Shown: positions 14,759 through 28,586, counted from the stretch's first letter. The stretch: DNA of 64,000 nt from Tubiluchus corallicola (GCA_030141605.1 JAQGDQ010000360.1:1-64000), one strand, 5' to 3'. Notes: generated from the letters alone by a model not told the origin. Made by a program: numbers and translations.

Positions 14759-15108
14759 TACGTTCACATTTCAGTGTTTTTAAATGTGCTACCAGTCAGC
14801 AATTGCTAAGGTACGTTCACATTTCAGTGTTTTAAATGTCCTGCCAGTCATCAATTTCTAAGGTTCGTTCACATTTCAGAGTTTTTAAACGTCCTACCAG
14901 TCATAAATTTCTAAGGTACGTTCACATTTCAGAGTTTTTAAACGTCCTACCAGTCATGAATTGCTAAGGTACGTTCACATTTCAGTGTTTTAAATGTCCT
15001 ACCAGTCATCAATTTCTAAGGCACGTTCACATTTCAGAGTTTTTAAACGTCCTACCAGTCGTAAATTTCTAAGGTGCGTTCACATTTTAGTGTTTTTAAA
15101 TGTCCTAC
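14759..15108 (+). repeat. ~52-bp tandem repeat, ~7 copies
   Basis: Unit tacgttcacatttcagtgtttttaaatgtcctaccagtcatcaatttctaagg. Confidence 0.95.
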
Positions 15109-15784
15109 CTTGTTTTGTTCAAGGGCAATAACGTAAATCTTTACACGGCAGTGTAACAACCTCCCCCCCACGCCAAGTATCATGCATTACATTAGACAGC
15201 AAGCATTCGTAACTAAACAGAGCTTTTAAGCACTCCATTACAAACCAAGACCAAAACAAACTACACGACATTTTATCCCCAACAACCTTCACTTTGTCAT
15301 TGAGTGCAGCATTCACATTAATAGGAAGCTGATGCATTCATCAACATCCTCATCCTTTCAGTAGCATCCTCATCCAGCATCGATAATGTAAACCATAATC
15401 AAGTATTACCTGTACAATTCGTTGCCTTTGTGTTGTTAATGGCTATGCGCCGATACCTGAGTGCCCCGCTGCTTGAACAATGCCTTTGCTTAGTTGTCGA
15501 ATCCGCCGCCAGGTGGCCCAAATTACGGCGATGTATAGTTGCTTCTATTGGACTTCTTTTTCTTACTAATTTGAGGATTCTAAGCTACTTTTAAACTCGT
15601 TAGACTGGAATTAGCTCAATACATTGAGCTTAATAGATTAATAGCCCTGAAATATTCCTATTTACCAGGCCACGCAACAGGAGTATTATTTAGTCTTTGG
15701 TTTTGTGTTGCTGTCAATATTACCACTTAAGCTGGCTTCCTGTTCAAGTTGTGCGTCACGCGAGGCAGAACGAGGTTTCACGCC

Positions 15785-16007
15785 AGAGAGAGAAGAGATG
15801 AGGGAGAGAGAGAGAAGAGAGAAAAGAGTAGACGAGAGAGAGATAAAGAGACGAGGGAGAGAGAGAGAGAGAGAGACAAAGATATGAGGGAAAGAGAGAA
15901 GAGAGAAAAGAGTAGACGAGAGAGAGATAAAGAGACGAGGGAGAGAGAGAGAGAGAAGAGAGAAAAGAGTAGACGAGAGAGAGATAAAGAGACGAGGGAG
16001 AGAGAGA

Positions 16008-16053
<46 letters not shown>

Positions 16054-16162
16054 AGAGATGAGGGAGAGAGAAGAGATGAGGGAGAGAGAGAGAGAAGAGA
16101 GAAAAGAGTAGACGAGAGAGAGATAAAGAGACGAGGGAGAGAGAGAAGAGATGAGGGAGAGA

Positions 16163-16205
<43 letters not shown>

Positions 16206-16356
16206 GAGATGAGGGAGAGAGAGAAGAGATGAGGGAGAGAGAGAGGGAGAGAGAGAGAGAGAGAGAGAGAGAAGAGATGAGGGAGAGAGAGAAGAGATGA
16301 GGGAGAGAGAGAAGAGAGAAAAGAGTAGACGAGAGAGAGAGAAAGAGACGAGAGAC

Positions 16357-16396
<40 letters not shown>

Positions 16397-16554
16397 AGAA
16401 AAGAGTAGACGAGAGAGAGAGAGAAAGAGACGAGGGAGAGAGAGAGAAAGATACGAGGGAAAGAGAGAGAGAGAGAGAGAAGAGAGAAAAGAGTGAGAGA
16501 GAGAGAGAGAGAGAGAGGAGATGAGGGAGAGAGAGAGAGAAGAGAGAAAAGAGT

Positions 16555-16601
<47 letters not shown>

Positions 16602-16623
16602 TGAGGAGAGAGAGAGAAGAGAG

Positions 16624-16675
<52 letters not shown>

Positions 16676-16692
16676 AAGAGACGAGCGAGAGA
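15785..16692. repeat. (GA)n purine tract with a higher-order unit (gagaaaagagtagacgagagagagataaagagacgaggga)
   Basis: Read directly. Confidence 0.95.
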
Positions 16693-16693
16693 T

Positions 16694-17150
16694 TTTTGAT
16701 TTTGATTTACTTGTTTATTTCAAACTTTCATTCATATCATATTAGTACAACATTAGAAATATATACAACGAAAATACAGGTAAATGAACACACAAGCACA
16801 CAAAGTAAACAACATTACAAATAATAATAATAATAACATTTCGCTTTGGCTTCAATCATTATATTAATGATTACCAACAATGTAAAAATTAAGCATACAA
16901 TATCCTTCTCCAAATCTTTCTTATACTGGAAGTAAATAAAGTATCACTCCCAAATATCGTTCTACACAACAAGTTTTCACTGTTTGAAATTCTAGTATTC
17001 AAGCGGTAAATGCTTTTCCTGTAAATAAAATCAAAGTACATTAATTTATGCGTCAGAGAAATGTCCATAGCACTGTGATCGAACTGATAATTGAAAAATT
17101 TTCGCATTGATTTATTATGAGCAATCTTAAGTTTGTTCGGAGTATAATTA
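16694..17150 (-). mobile_element. Probable non-LTR retrotransposon 3' fragment
   Basis: ORF end ...[15 protein letters not shown]...[13 protein letters not shown] resembles LINE RT C-termini; followed on - by aataaa and a short atcaaa-type tail. Family assignment from memory only. Confidence 0.4.
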
Positions 17151-17152
17151 TG

Positions 17153-17712
<560 letters not shown>

Positions 17713-18264
17713 GGTTGGAATCACATCAGAGAGGGTAGATACAGTGACATCTGTCTATTACTGTCCAGGCAAATGCACTTCGTTGTAGCAAATAAATTTA
17801 CGTGGAAAATCGCAACTGAAATTTACCGAATGCAAATGGGAGGCTGAAGAGGAAGCACTCTGCAGCCTCAGCAACATCTTCATCCTGCTGCTAATATAGA
17901 AATACAACCAATAAAGAGCTCCCAGCATCCGCTCAATGCAGATAAATAAGTTAATAAATTTAATAACAGTGATATGATAACCAAATGGCTGTCGCGCATA
18001 ATGAGAATTTACGCGACTTCACGGCCGCCATAAACGTGACTAATAGCGACGACATTAGCGCCCCCTGCACGCGCCATTTCAGCGGATAATGCCTAGCACT
18101 TTGATCTCTCACTTTAGGTGGGTGATTAGTGATCTCACAGCGTTCAACTGTTTCCGGCGTGACGAAGTCTTGGTTGCTGTTTGAAAGTCTAAATGACTTG
18201 ATTGTTCTCTTGTTCTCTCTCCAACTTCCTGAAGTGCCCAGAGAAAAGCTACTTTATAGCTTCG

Positions 18265-18380
18265 AGCAAGAATGTAAACAGAATTAATTGTGGGCAGAGC
18301 TTTGCAATATAAATGCTTACTCCAGCAAGAATGTAAACAGAATTAATTGTGGGCAGAGCTTTGCTATATAAATGCTTACC
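18265..18380 (+). repeat. 59-bp tandem duplication
   Basis: agcaagaatgtaaacagaattaattgtgggcagagctttgc... occurs twice. Confidence 0.9.
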
Positions 18381-19899
18381 TTGCTTTTTTTACGTTGCTT
18401 TAATTCTTTGTTTTTTATTCTTGATGGGAAGAAATGATTCAGAAGTAATTAAGGCATTTATCTATCATGTTGAAAAAGCGTCTTTAAGAGGTGAAGTACA
18501 ATATACTATGTAATGATCATATCATTGAAAATGAGGCCTGATGAATGACAATTTATTTTATATACTAATCATTAAACTCTTCATTTAAATAACTAAAAGG
18601 AAGATTTAAAAATATTTTTTATCAGTAATTGTTTTGTTTGTCGACAGTGTCAGAATGATATGCATGTCTTGTTTTTTGTATTGTCTGTATGTATTGTATG
18701 TATTTTTGGCACAAATAAATAAATATTAAAAAATGTTAAATATCAAATAAATATTAATGAAATAATAAAAATTTCGTATAAGGAAAAATCCGCAAAGCAC
18801 ATAAATAGAGCAAAATTAAAATAATTTTAAAAATAATTAAATTCATTAATTAAGATGTAATTAAGGTCACAAAAAGTATTTCACTGGCCTATAAATAAGT
18901 CCACACTTCTGTAATACGCAAGCTCACATTACACATAAGAGGCATTTCCTGTGTCAGGAATTTCCACAGCTTAATAACAACTAAAAAACTATATATTAAT
19001 ATAATATATAATTATGCTAGAAAATTTATAGTATATATATTATATTAAAATATTAATTATACTAGAAAAAATAAAATATATTAATACTTAAGGGTTAGCA
19101 ATCATTGAACTCGTAACTGTTTCGCCCACTGGACCTTCTCCACCTGATCTCGAGTCCGTTGCTAAGCGTTCAAGTGAGCAGAGGATCGTTGCTAGGCTTC
19201 CAAGTCAGCAGAAGCTCGTTGCTAGGGAAATTTTTATCTGCGAGCTGATGAGTAAAATTAGTGTACCTAAATTTAGTGACTGTACATAGCATATAAGGCG
19301 CTGCAGCAGCAGCAACAAAGAGTTTTGGACTCGACTCATATGCCTAACCTCAGCACTAAAGATGGGATATATTAGTGTGTTACAATAAATGTATGCGGTC
19401 ACATTTATGTTGCCATGGAGTATTGGCTTATCTCTACAAAACGCAAATATAATATTATTTGGCTTAACACTCTTAATCAAGACAAGAAAATAACGATAAA
19501 ATAATGAACTCTTTTTTCGTTATTACTGCAACTCCCAAGCAACCAGCTTCCTAAATTAACTTTTTTTATAATTAAAAACTCTAGTGGGAACCATTTCATA
19601 AAAAACTGTTTATTTTCCCTAAATTTCCTTTTCAACGTCAAAATTTTGAAAGATGTTTGCTGAGTATAGATAAAACGTTGCCGAAAACAACTTGTGGTGT
19701 AATGATGCCAAATTGATTGAAAATATATTTTATTTCTTGAATATTTTGAGGTTTTGATGTAAGAAATGATTGGTGTGTCTCGCAACTTCATGATTTTTTT
19801 CAAGTCAATTTTGATCACAGGCACATAAAAACTTTTATAGTTAAAAACAACACAACTTCATTAGAAACTTTTACATTAAAAAGTTAAAAGTTAAAATCA

Positions 19900-19942
19900 T
19901 ACCAAACGTTTCGACTAGCTGCTGTTGTCTCCATCAGTGGTA
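19900..19942 (-). ncRNA. Minimal type-I hammerhead ribozyme motif (core variant CUGAUGG)
   Basis: Minus strand UACCA-CUGAUGG-A-GAC(loop)GUC-GAAACGUU-UGGUA: intact stems I and II, one core substitution. Confidence 0.55.
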
Positions 19943-20194
19943 AATTTACAAACATACAACCAGGTTAGGCAGAGCCTAGTATGCACTAATTTACTATTTA
20001 ACAGAAGCCAAAATAGGTAACGAATAGTAAAGAAATAGTAAACAACACAGTAACGAAATTGATACAGTAGCTTAAATAGTTATACTTTAGTTATTTAGTG
20101 GTGCTCTTAATCATCACCTATTTGGCTTCTGTTAACTACTTAATTAGTGCATAATAGGTGCTGCCTATATAAACTGGTTGTATGTTTGTAAATT

Positions 20195-20237
20195 TACCAC
20201 TGATGAAGACAGCAGCAGCCTGTCGAAACGTTTAGCA
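20195..20237 (+). ncRNA. Minimal type-I hammerhead ribozyme motif (Penelope type)
   Basis: UACCA-CUGAUGA-A-GAC(loop)GUC-GAAACGUU-UAGCA: intact core, degenerate stem I. Confidence 0.55.
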
Positions 20238-21154
20238 TGATTTTAAATTTTAACTTTTTAATGCAATAGTTTTTAATGAATTTGTGTTGTTTTTTTAACT
20301 GTAAAGTCTTTTTTTCTTTTTAAAAATGGCTTTGATTGTTGTTTGTTAATAATTACACCACAATGACGTATGCTTGCAAAATGTCTTTTTGTTTATTACG
20401 TCACCTGTTTTTCTTCCATTTTTTCCACATAGTGACGTCACAAGTCCTCACGACATCTCAATACCGGAGAGTCTAGGGTTTTCCCGTCACGGGAACCATT
20501 GTTTGTCCTAAATTAACCCACTAGCCTCTGTTAATCTACCAGCAGCATTAGCAGCATTTAATGAAACCAGTTTACCCACTGACAGCTGTTCGTCTGTTAC
20601 TCAATGAATCTTTTGTGTGGCTTCACTATAGCTTTCTAAATGAATTGGTTACTCTGTGCGCAATTGTCATTTTGAAGCAAAACGTATTAAGATATCGACC
20701 AGGAGCTTAACGCATCGCAATCATCTTTAAATTACTTAAAACCATCCATTGTGCGAGAGCCTTTCGTAGATAATTATAACCTTCAAGCATGTGATATACC
20801 AATCGATTTTAGGTAAAAACAAAATTACAATTGGGAATAACAAAGATCTTTTGCCTGTTAAACACACCATTTTTCAGATGAGTTATTTAAACCAAACCAA
20901 CACTTCAGAATGATGCGCCAACTAACCTGAAATTTTAAATCAGCTCAATTCGAAGCGATTTATTTTCCACAGTCATACACGCGTGTTCAGGCCCAGCAAA
21001 TAAACAACATTGTGTCAGTCAATCACACGTTAATTCAGTTTTACATTTCAGAAGAATCACAAATCAGTTCATTTTTGGACTTTAAGAAGATTTCGTTTTT
21101 CTGTAGACCCAGACGACGTCACCTGAAACAAAGGCTACGTTTCTTTTATGATAG

Positions 21155-21990
21155 TTTTCACAGTTCCAGCGATTGATGATGATCATGAAAAGGTCAAAGA
21201 TTAACTGTACCAGACAACACATGTGTGTACACTTGACAATGCCTTGCTATTGTAATAGTAACAGTTTTAACAGCTAGCTAGAACCTTATCGAGTTCATTT
21301 TTTCTCGTTCCCAAACAAGATTGTACTGAAAATCTTGCATTGGCGTGCTTTGCGGCCTTCGCTTGTTGTTGGGTTTGGCCACCTTGTGGTGATTTTTGGC
21401 CTAATCACGTGATCAATTTGATTTGGGTCAGAGGCCTACTGTGAAGTGAAGACGTGTCATGATAAGTTGATAAGGTATTGTCGTTATCTGTTACAATTGC
21501 TTATGATTTGGCGCTAATAACGTACATATATACTCTAATTACTTTATAAAATTTAAATTTAGTTTAAGATAACAGCTAGGTATTAATTAATATGACAGTG
21601 CAGTGTAGAACTCTTAATTATGTAAAACTGACTTTTGGCTATTGTTGTTTTTTGTTATTTGTTTATTTATTTTTTTGGCACTAATTTCTTATTATGTTTA
21701 GATGGAATGACATGTTTTGGCAAATAAAGGAAGAGCAAAATTTAATCGATTTTCGAATTTGGTTTTTGAAAACCCAAACAAAGATCCTGCTAGCAAATCA
21801 CTTTATGCACAGACTAATGCATAACTAAGTAAAGTCCAGCAACTGAAGTTGCTGGATTGGTGCGGCAGACGGCTTTGTTTTACACGCATGTCACATGATG
21901 GTTATAGTTAAGACGCTAAGACGCGTTGTTGTGGTGCACTTAACAAGTGATCTACGGCAACTGCGCATGCGCACAACGAAACTTTGAAAA
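21155..21990 (+). mobile_element. MITE family A interrupted by a solo LTR
   Basis: 21155-21321 and 21781-21990 join into a copy of 5428-5800. Confidence 0.75.
21322..21780 (+). mobile_element. Solo LTR (459 bp)
   Basis: TGT...ACA termini; perfect 5-bp TSD AAGAT (21317-21321 / 21781-21785); AATAAA at ~21723. Confidence 0.8.
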
Positions 21991-22299
21991 TGCTCCATTT
22001 TACGGTAAATGCTACAAGGACCCTGAATTATGAGTAGTTACGTGCACTAATTGTTTTCTCTACTTTTTTACAAAACAATTTTACAGTAAAATGCTGCAAA
22101 CAAACAAATAAACAATACAAAATATTTTACCAAAAAATCTTCCCTTAACGACGTGAGTTTTGACTACCCAAAAGTAGTGGCAGTTTTCTTGGGTTTTTCC
22201 AAAAGGCACTAAAGCACAAAGACATGCTAACGACAAGTTATGGTTATTAGGAAGTCTAAGAAACGGGAGTTGAACTGTTATCGAACAAATTGTGGTGGT

Positions 22300-22413
22300 G
22301 AAGATGATGATGATGACGAACAAGATGATCATAATCATAAGAACGAAGAGTAGCATCTGATGATGATGATGATGAACAAGATGATCATAATCACAAGAAC
22401 GAACAGCAGCATC

Positions 22414-22450
<37 letters not shown>

Positions 22451-22595
22451 GATGATCATAATCATAAGAACAAAGAGCAGCATCTGATGATGATGATAAT
22501 GATGATGAGGATGATGACGAACAAGATGATCATAATCACAAGAACGAACAGCAGCATCTGTTGATGATCATGATGACTATAGCGATGATGATAGA
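22300..22595 (+). repeat. Four copies of a ~40-bp unit separated by variable (GAT)n
   Basis: gaacaagatgatcataatca(t/c)aagaac(g/a)aa...agcatctg x4. Confidence 0.9.
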
Positions 22596-23015
22596 AAAGG
22601 GCGGGGATAATAACAGTGAACAAGGTAAGAATTAATGACCACGAGTTTATGAACGCCCTCGCTCCTCTTTCTAGCGACGCCCCTAATTTTCCAATTTCTC
22701 GACTATTAATTATCTGTTCTTACACTTGTTGTCAACAAATAAGCTGCTCGTTTAACAGCTTAATAAACTCATTGACTCTCTCTGCGTGAGCCTCCTCCAT
22801 CCTTCTCTAATATTCCCGTGCAGAGGACTCGGAAATGAGTTGCCGTCCAGACCGTTAATCCGGATATAAACAGTAGGGATCCGGCAATTTCTCATGACAC
22901 AACTAATCGCTAAATGCCACCGCTACGTCGGTTGTGCTAAGTTAGTCGAGTTATTGATAGTAATGGAGTTGGCAATAATAATTACCTGGTTGTGTCAGAG
23001 AGAGAAAAAGAATAA

Positions 23016-23291
23016 GCCTTTTCACAGTTCCAGCGATTGATGATGATCGTGAAAAGGTCAAAGGTTAAGTGTGAACGCATTTGTGTACACTTGGCAAAGC
23101 CTCGCAGCTCATGCTATTGTAATAGTAACGTATAACCTTACCTAGTTCATTTTTTCTTGTTCCCAAGCAAGATGACTTTACGTGCAGACTATTGCATAGT
23201 TAAGTAAAATCCACATAGAACAATTGAAGTTACTGAGCAGATGCGGCAGACGGTTTTACTTTACCCATACCCACGTGGTCGGTGTAGTTAA
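23016..23291 (+). mobile_element. MITE family A, 3'-truncated
   Basis: gccttttcacagttccagcgattgatgatgatcgtgaaaaggtcaaagg... Confidence 0.7.
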
Positions 23292-23821
23292 CTGCGAAAG
23301 GGCTTATTAGGAAAAGCTACAGTAAGCTAATTTTTAGATGTTCTTGTAGCTAATGGTTGGGTCACACGTTTATTTTGTTCACATGCACGAACAAGTGGTG
23401 TATTCAACTAATTGAGTAGTCGGTATGTGGTTGGGACTTGATTCACACTTGCAGTTACAGGTTGTGTAAAGAGACGCCAGCTTACATTAGCTAATTTATT
23501 TGTCAATAGGCGGCACCACAGGTTTCACATGCTGTACTGGATCGTTTAAAAATGTCGAAACGTTGCTAGAATCAGATGAGAAAGTTTTTGCAACTCTTTG
23601 TATAATCTCTCGTCAGACGGTGCATCAATATTTACTGTTCATATTTAAAAAATCATCTGTTTTGCAAAAGTATTGCATTTATTTGACAACGATAATGCTA
23701 TTCTCATATTTTATAGTTATAACACAATATGTATTTTTTAATTATTTATTTTTTTATTGAATTTCTGTCATTTTTAGTCATTTTTGGTAATTTGGAAACT
23801 GGAACCAAGTGTCCCATGTGC

Positions 23822-24075
23822 TTAAAGGAAGACGTTATGATTTCTCATATACCATTCTATTTTCAAAAACGGTAAAAAGTATAGATTTTAACACAATTAA
23901 TACAGTAAAAGCATTTCTGATAACTGAGTAATTGATAAAAACTCTTGATGACATCACAAACTAACATAACTTTCAACAGCAAAAACATCCCACGAGTTTG
24001 TTGTACGTGTTTGCGAAAGAGAAAATTGAAGTACAGTGCTACTGTAAGATATTAAGTGTGTTGTACTAAAACTCG
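23822..24075 (-). mobile_element. Kolobok-like family K, one terminus
   Basis: TTAA-AGGAAGACG...; reverse complement of ~27760-28045. Confidence 0.6.
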
Positions 24076-24467
24076 ACAAGTTGTATGATAATTATATTTA
24101 TTCTTGTGCTTTACATATATGTATTATACTAATTATTCATAGCATTTTTAAGGTTCTGGGTTCGATTCTTATAAATGTACGAATACTTTTGCGAATCTAT
24201 TTATTAAATTAACACTAATAACATTTGTTTAGTAAATATTCATCGAGATGAAATTAGCAGGTTTGTTTTGCTGGCAAGTTAAACCGCGTAATCATTGGTA
24301 CGTGTCGCCATCTGCTGGCATGATTTGTATATTGACGTTTATTGAATTTGTACTAAATACTAATTCGGATCTGTTACAACTATTATTGGTACGTGGCGCC
24401 ATCTGCGGACAAGATTTGTATATTGACGCTTATTAAACTGTTACTAAATCAAATTGGTTACAACTTT

Positions 24468-24800
24468 TATCACTTTGTGCGCACAGTAATATTTTCGAAT
24501 TGTAACGACAACATTTAAATATCTTTATCTAACACAATCTTATTGAATTTTTGAGAATAACTAAAGATTTTAGTGACTGAAATTTAGATTAACGAGAAAT
24601 CCTCCAAGCAGTCATTAATGTAGTATATCACTTTTGCTATATCATGACTGCTTGGAGGATTTCTCGTTAATCTAAATTTCAGTCACTAAAATCTTTAGTT
24701 ATTCTCAAAAATTCAATAAGATTGTGTTAGATAAAGATATTTAAATGTTGTCGTTACAATATTACAATGTCGAAAATATTACTGTGTGCACAAAGCGATA
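24468..24800. repeat. Long palindrome: perfect 117-bp arms (24499-24615 / 24644-24760), 28-bp spacer, imperfect ~30-bp outer extension
   Basis: Arms compared base by base by eye. Confidence 0.92.
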
Positions 24801-24954
24801 TTGATAATTATATATTAGCAACATAAGTGTATGGCTAAAAAAAATAACAATAAAAAAATAATAATAACAATAACAACAACAACAACAACAACAATAATAA
24901 TAACAAAAAAAAATAATAATAATAACAACAACAACAACAACAACAATAATAATA

Positions 24955-25310
24955 ATAATCTTAATGAAGTATTGAACACTGTAGTATATCGTCTTATGAA
25001 GTAAGTGTTGGAATTGCCAAATGGAATCGAGGTTGAATGGAAGTTAAAAAGAAAACGTCATCGTTGCTACGTGGCGCCATCTGTGAAATAAAAATAATTC
25101 TGCCTTGAACCTGTAAAAGTTTTAGTTATTTTTTGTCTGCTCTTAAATTGTGGGAGCTTTTAAGCCATTAGACTGAAGGTTTTTTGTATGTAAAGGAGGT
25201 TTACAAAAGGCATATTATAAGTACTTTGTCGATATTCACTGTGGTTCCTAGCCACAGATAAATAAAAGCAAAGCACGAATGATCAAAACATCATGATACA
25301 ATTACTTATT
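24955..25310 (+). repeat. Paralogous block (partner ~35015-35410)
   Basis: Near-identical tatatcgtcttatgaagtaagtg...gctacgtggcgccatctgtgaaataaaaataattctgcc...catgatacaa. Confidence 0.9.
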
Positions 25311-26985
25311 AACAACAATTGTACAATGTTAGACAAACATGTTGAAATACAATAATAAATGTGTTAGACGACATATTAAGTTACAATCTTAAATGTTAGT
25401 ATTAAATTCTTTATTTATCTGTGCCCAGTTTCCTACTATATATAAAATATACACAAAAATAAAATCTATAAAAATAATACCCAAAAACTGAATTCGTCTG
25501 ATTAAACAGTTCTAAGAATGTAACTAAATATGAAATATATACTCTATACAACGCATTTTATACAATAATAATTATACAATAATGAGAAAACCATTTAGGC
25601 CTATGATATTTTTACATAGGCAGGTAGCTAGGCAGATAAATAGACAGCCAAGTAGACAGGTAATCAGCAGGTGGGCATGACTATGGACATCAGAAAAGAT
25701 GGGCAAGCAGGAAGAAATACTAAACAATTTTGATACTAGAGAAATCATACAGGGGAACGACAGCTTTAGCCAATAGCAGTAATCTTCGTCAATTGCTTGG
25801 TTGTTTTAAAGAACAGAAATTTTTCTCGAGAATGGAAAATCTTTTGTGTTTGACGCGAACTATTCGATAAAAAATTCTGACCTAGACAGTAAATAATATC
25901 CTGCCTTTAAGTACACTTCTTTTATACTTATATACTTCTTTAAGATATAGAAAGAAATAGCGATAAATGTACACTTGAAATACACATTAGCATTATTCGA
26001 GAATTAATTAAATTAGAACAAAGTATCACTCTAAACACCAATTATTGAGCAATCATAGTTTTTACATAACTAATATGCTGATACATCGATAATTGCTTCT
26101 GGCATGGCTTCTGTGCTCTGTAAGCTTGGAATATTTCAATTTTAAGTGTTAAATAATGAATTACTTGTGTTTTTCAACTAGCTATCTATGTAACTTGATA
26201 AGCAGTTGTATATACCTGTTCTTAAGTAACTATGGAAGTTTTTGTTGAATCAATCAAAGTGGTTTATTTATGATATTGCAGCAATGATAAGACTGAAATA
26301 ATAACAACAAAATAATTACGTATAATACTGCCATACCGCGTAGAGCGTAAGTACAAATATAAATGTTTCGAATTATACTAATTTAAGAATTGTCCTTTAA
26401 TCACAAAAGTAAAACTGCAAATAATATACCGTTCTAAATGTTAAACATTTGCTTGACACTGCATGGAGTTCTTATTGTTACATGTGTTAAAAATTGCCTC
26501 CCGGCAAATAGCAATACGGGTGCTCTTCATATACTGAAATCTTCGAGATCCTCTAGTTCTCAACTAAAATGTATTTGTTGCACAGTGGAAAAACTCTGAT
26601 CAGTAATATTACTGTATGTCTTTCTATTCAAAATAAATAATGTTTACATTTTATGGTTATACGACCTCGATTTATTCTTTGTGTTCCTCGTTGCTCTAAC
26701 ATACCACATTTTGACAGGTAGCATACTAAAGTTTATTTAGTGTTCTTTTATCGAAACCACTTTCTCTTTGTTACACAGATGTTACTTATCGGTCACTGCA
26801 CTTTACGAAGAGTTTGCCCATAAAATTTCATATACAATAAAAGCGGAATATCTCATGTTATAAGCTTATGTGGTATCTAAATACTTCAGAATTTTATAGA
26901 CGTCTATATCGAGGGAAATTACGTAACATAAATTTGGGCTTGGTTTTTTAGCCCACAAGTCAAACATGTTAAAAGCATAAATATT

Positions 26986-28045
26986 TTAATGCAAAACTGG
27001 GCTCAATCTTAAACTGTTGGTCAAAACAGTCTACTCTTTAAAATAATGAAAGGAAACATACTATTTTTCCACAAATGACTTACGTAAAAGAATTATTACC
27101 ACACAAACACAATTTCGCGTTCGCATTACTAGTTCTGCGCTGTTATATGCATTTTGTCAATCCAAGGTTAGACGAGCACTAGTGCCTGCATATCGGAAAG
27201 CGCTACACAAAAAACAGGTGCTGTACCTCTCAGTTCAGATCTTGTGGAAGTTGGAATTGTACATTGTAGTTAGGTGCCGCCATCTATGTGCTAATCTTGT
27301 TACATTCTACCAGCTCACTTACTTTCAGTATAATTGTATGGTCCAGTGACTACATAGACACTGGTCCTCTCCCTATCTAAAATTAATGGTTGTTGTGAAG
27401 CCTGTGCTACTCTGCATAGGTCAAGTTCTATACCTGTATACTGGCTGTGAAACAGGTTTTGCTGACTGTTTTTAGATTCTAATTTTGCTCAATGTTCAGT
27501 GCAGCAGTTTTGCTACTCATGTTTTCTGTAGTTTAATAAACACTTTTCTGTTGTGTGCAGTGCAAATATTTATTATAAAAGTTTAGCTCCTATTCATACT
27601 TCTCTTTCCTTGTCTAAACTCAAGCATATCAGAGCGACTGAACAAAACAACAACTACAAGAATGACTTTTACAGATGCGTTAGTTTGTGACGAACTACAC
27701 ACGTTCGACAGCTCATGTGTGAGCACAGCGCTAAATTACAAATTTGGATTCTAAAACTTGCCTAGTTTTAGTACAACACACTGAATATTTTACAGTAGCA
27801 CCGTACTTCAATTTTCCCTTTCGCAAACACGTGCAACGCGCTCTTGGAATATTTTTGCTTTTGAAAAAATGTTAGTTTGTGATGTCATCAACAGTTGGGC
27901 TCACCCCCCATAACCAATAGTTAATTATGTTTTTAAACTGCAATTCAATTATCAGAAACGCTTTTGCAGTATTTAATTGTGTTAAAATGTATTTTAATTG
28001 AATATGAAAATGGGGTGGTATATGAAAAGTCATCGTGTCTTTCTT
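26986..28045 (+). mobile_element. Kolobok-like family K interrupted by a solo LTR
   Basis: 26986-27242 and 27674-28045 join into a copy colinear with the reverse complement of 61834-62395. Confidence 0.7.
27243..27673 (+). mobile_element. Solo LTR (431 bp)
   Basis: TGT...ACA termini; degenerate 5-bp TSD GATCT/GATGC (empty site GATGT in the copy at ~52420); AATAAA at ~27535. Confidence 0.65.
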
Positions 28046-28233
28046 CGCGATCATTATCACAGTTATAAACGGCTATGTAAACATTGAGTGAAATCCTAAA
28101 ACAGAAAAGCACCGCCTTCAAGACAGGTAAATAAAGCTGTAATCTTTCAATAAAACTAGACAATGTTAGAACAGTCGCTTGTCAGCACCGCTTCCAAATA
28201 ACGCTGGTGACGAAACGCTAACCTGCTTTTAAA

Positions 28234-28306
28234 ATGTGCAGAAAAGGTTGCATTTATTTCGTTTTCGTTTTATTTATGAGCTTTGTTGAATTATCTTTGT
28301 GTCAAG
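28234..28306 (+). CDS. Exon 1 (signal peptide) of SUEL-lectin-like/mucin type-I membrane protein
   Basis: aaaATG; MCRKGCIYFVFVLFMSFVELSLCQ; donor AAG|GTGAGT; phase 1 joins exon 2 in frame. Confidence 0.75.
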
Positions 28307-28441
28307 GTGAGTCGAACTTCTTTTTTTTAGTAAGATACATTAAACTAACAACAGAATAGCAAGAAAATACAGAAATTTACAAAAAACAAGGTTATTACAT
28401 TATAGATATGAAATGAATTAAAAAATGAATTAAGGTAAACA

Positions 28442-28580
<139 letters not shown>

Positions 28581-28586
28581 TTGTTG

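Larger units (their letters stand above)
19827..20312. mobile_element. Inverted pair of Penelope-like terminal repeats (~190-bp arms)
   Basis: 19827-20020 is the reverse complement of ~20113-20312; each arm carries a minimal hammerhead motif. Confidence 0.7.

Noticed and set aside
7414-15108. Regular 24-, 19- and 52-bp repeats as CRISPR arrays
   Set aside because: Head-to-tail units without unique spacers, no cas genes, eukaryotic context.
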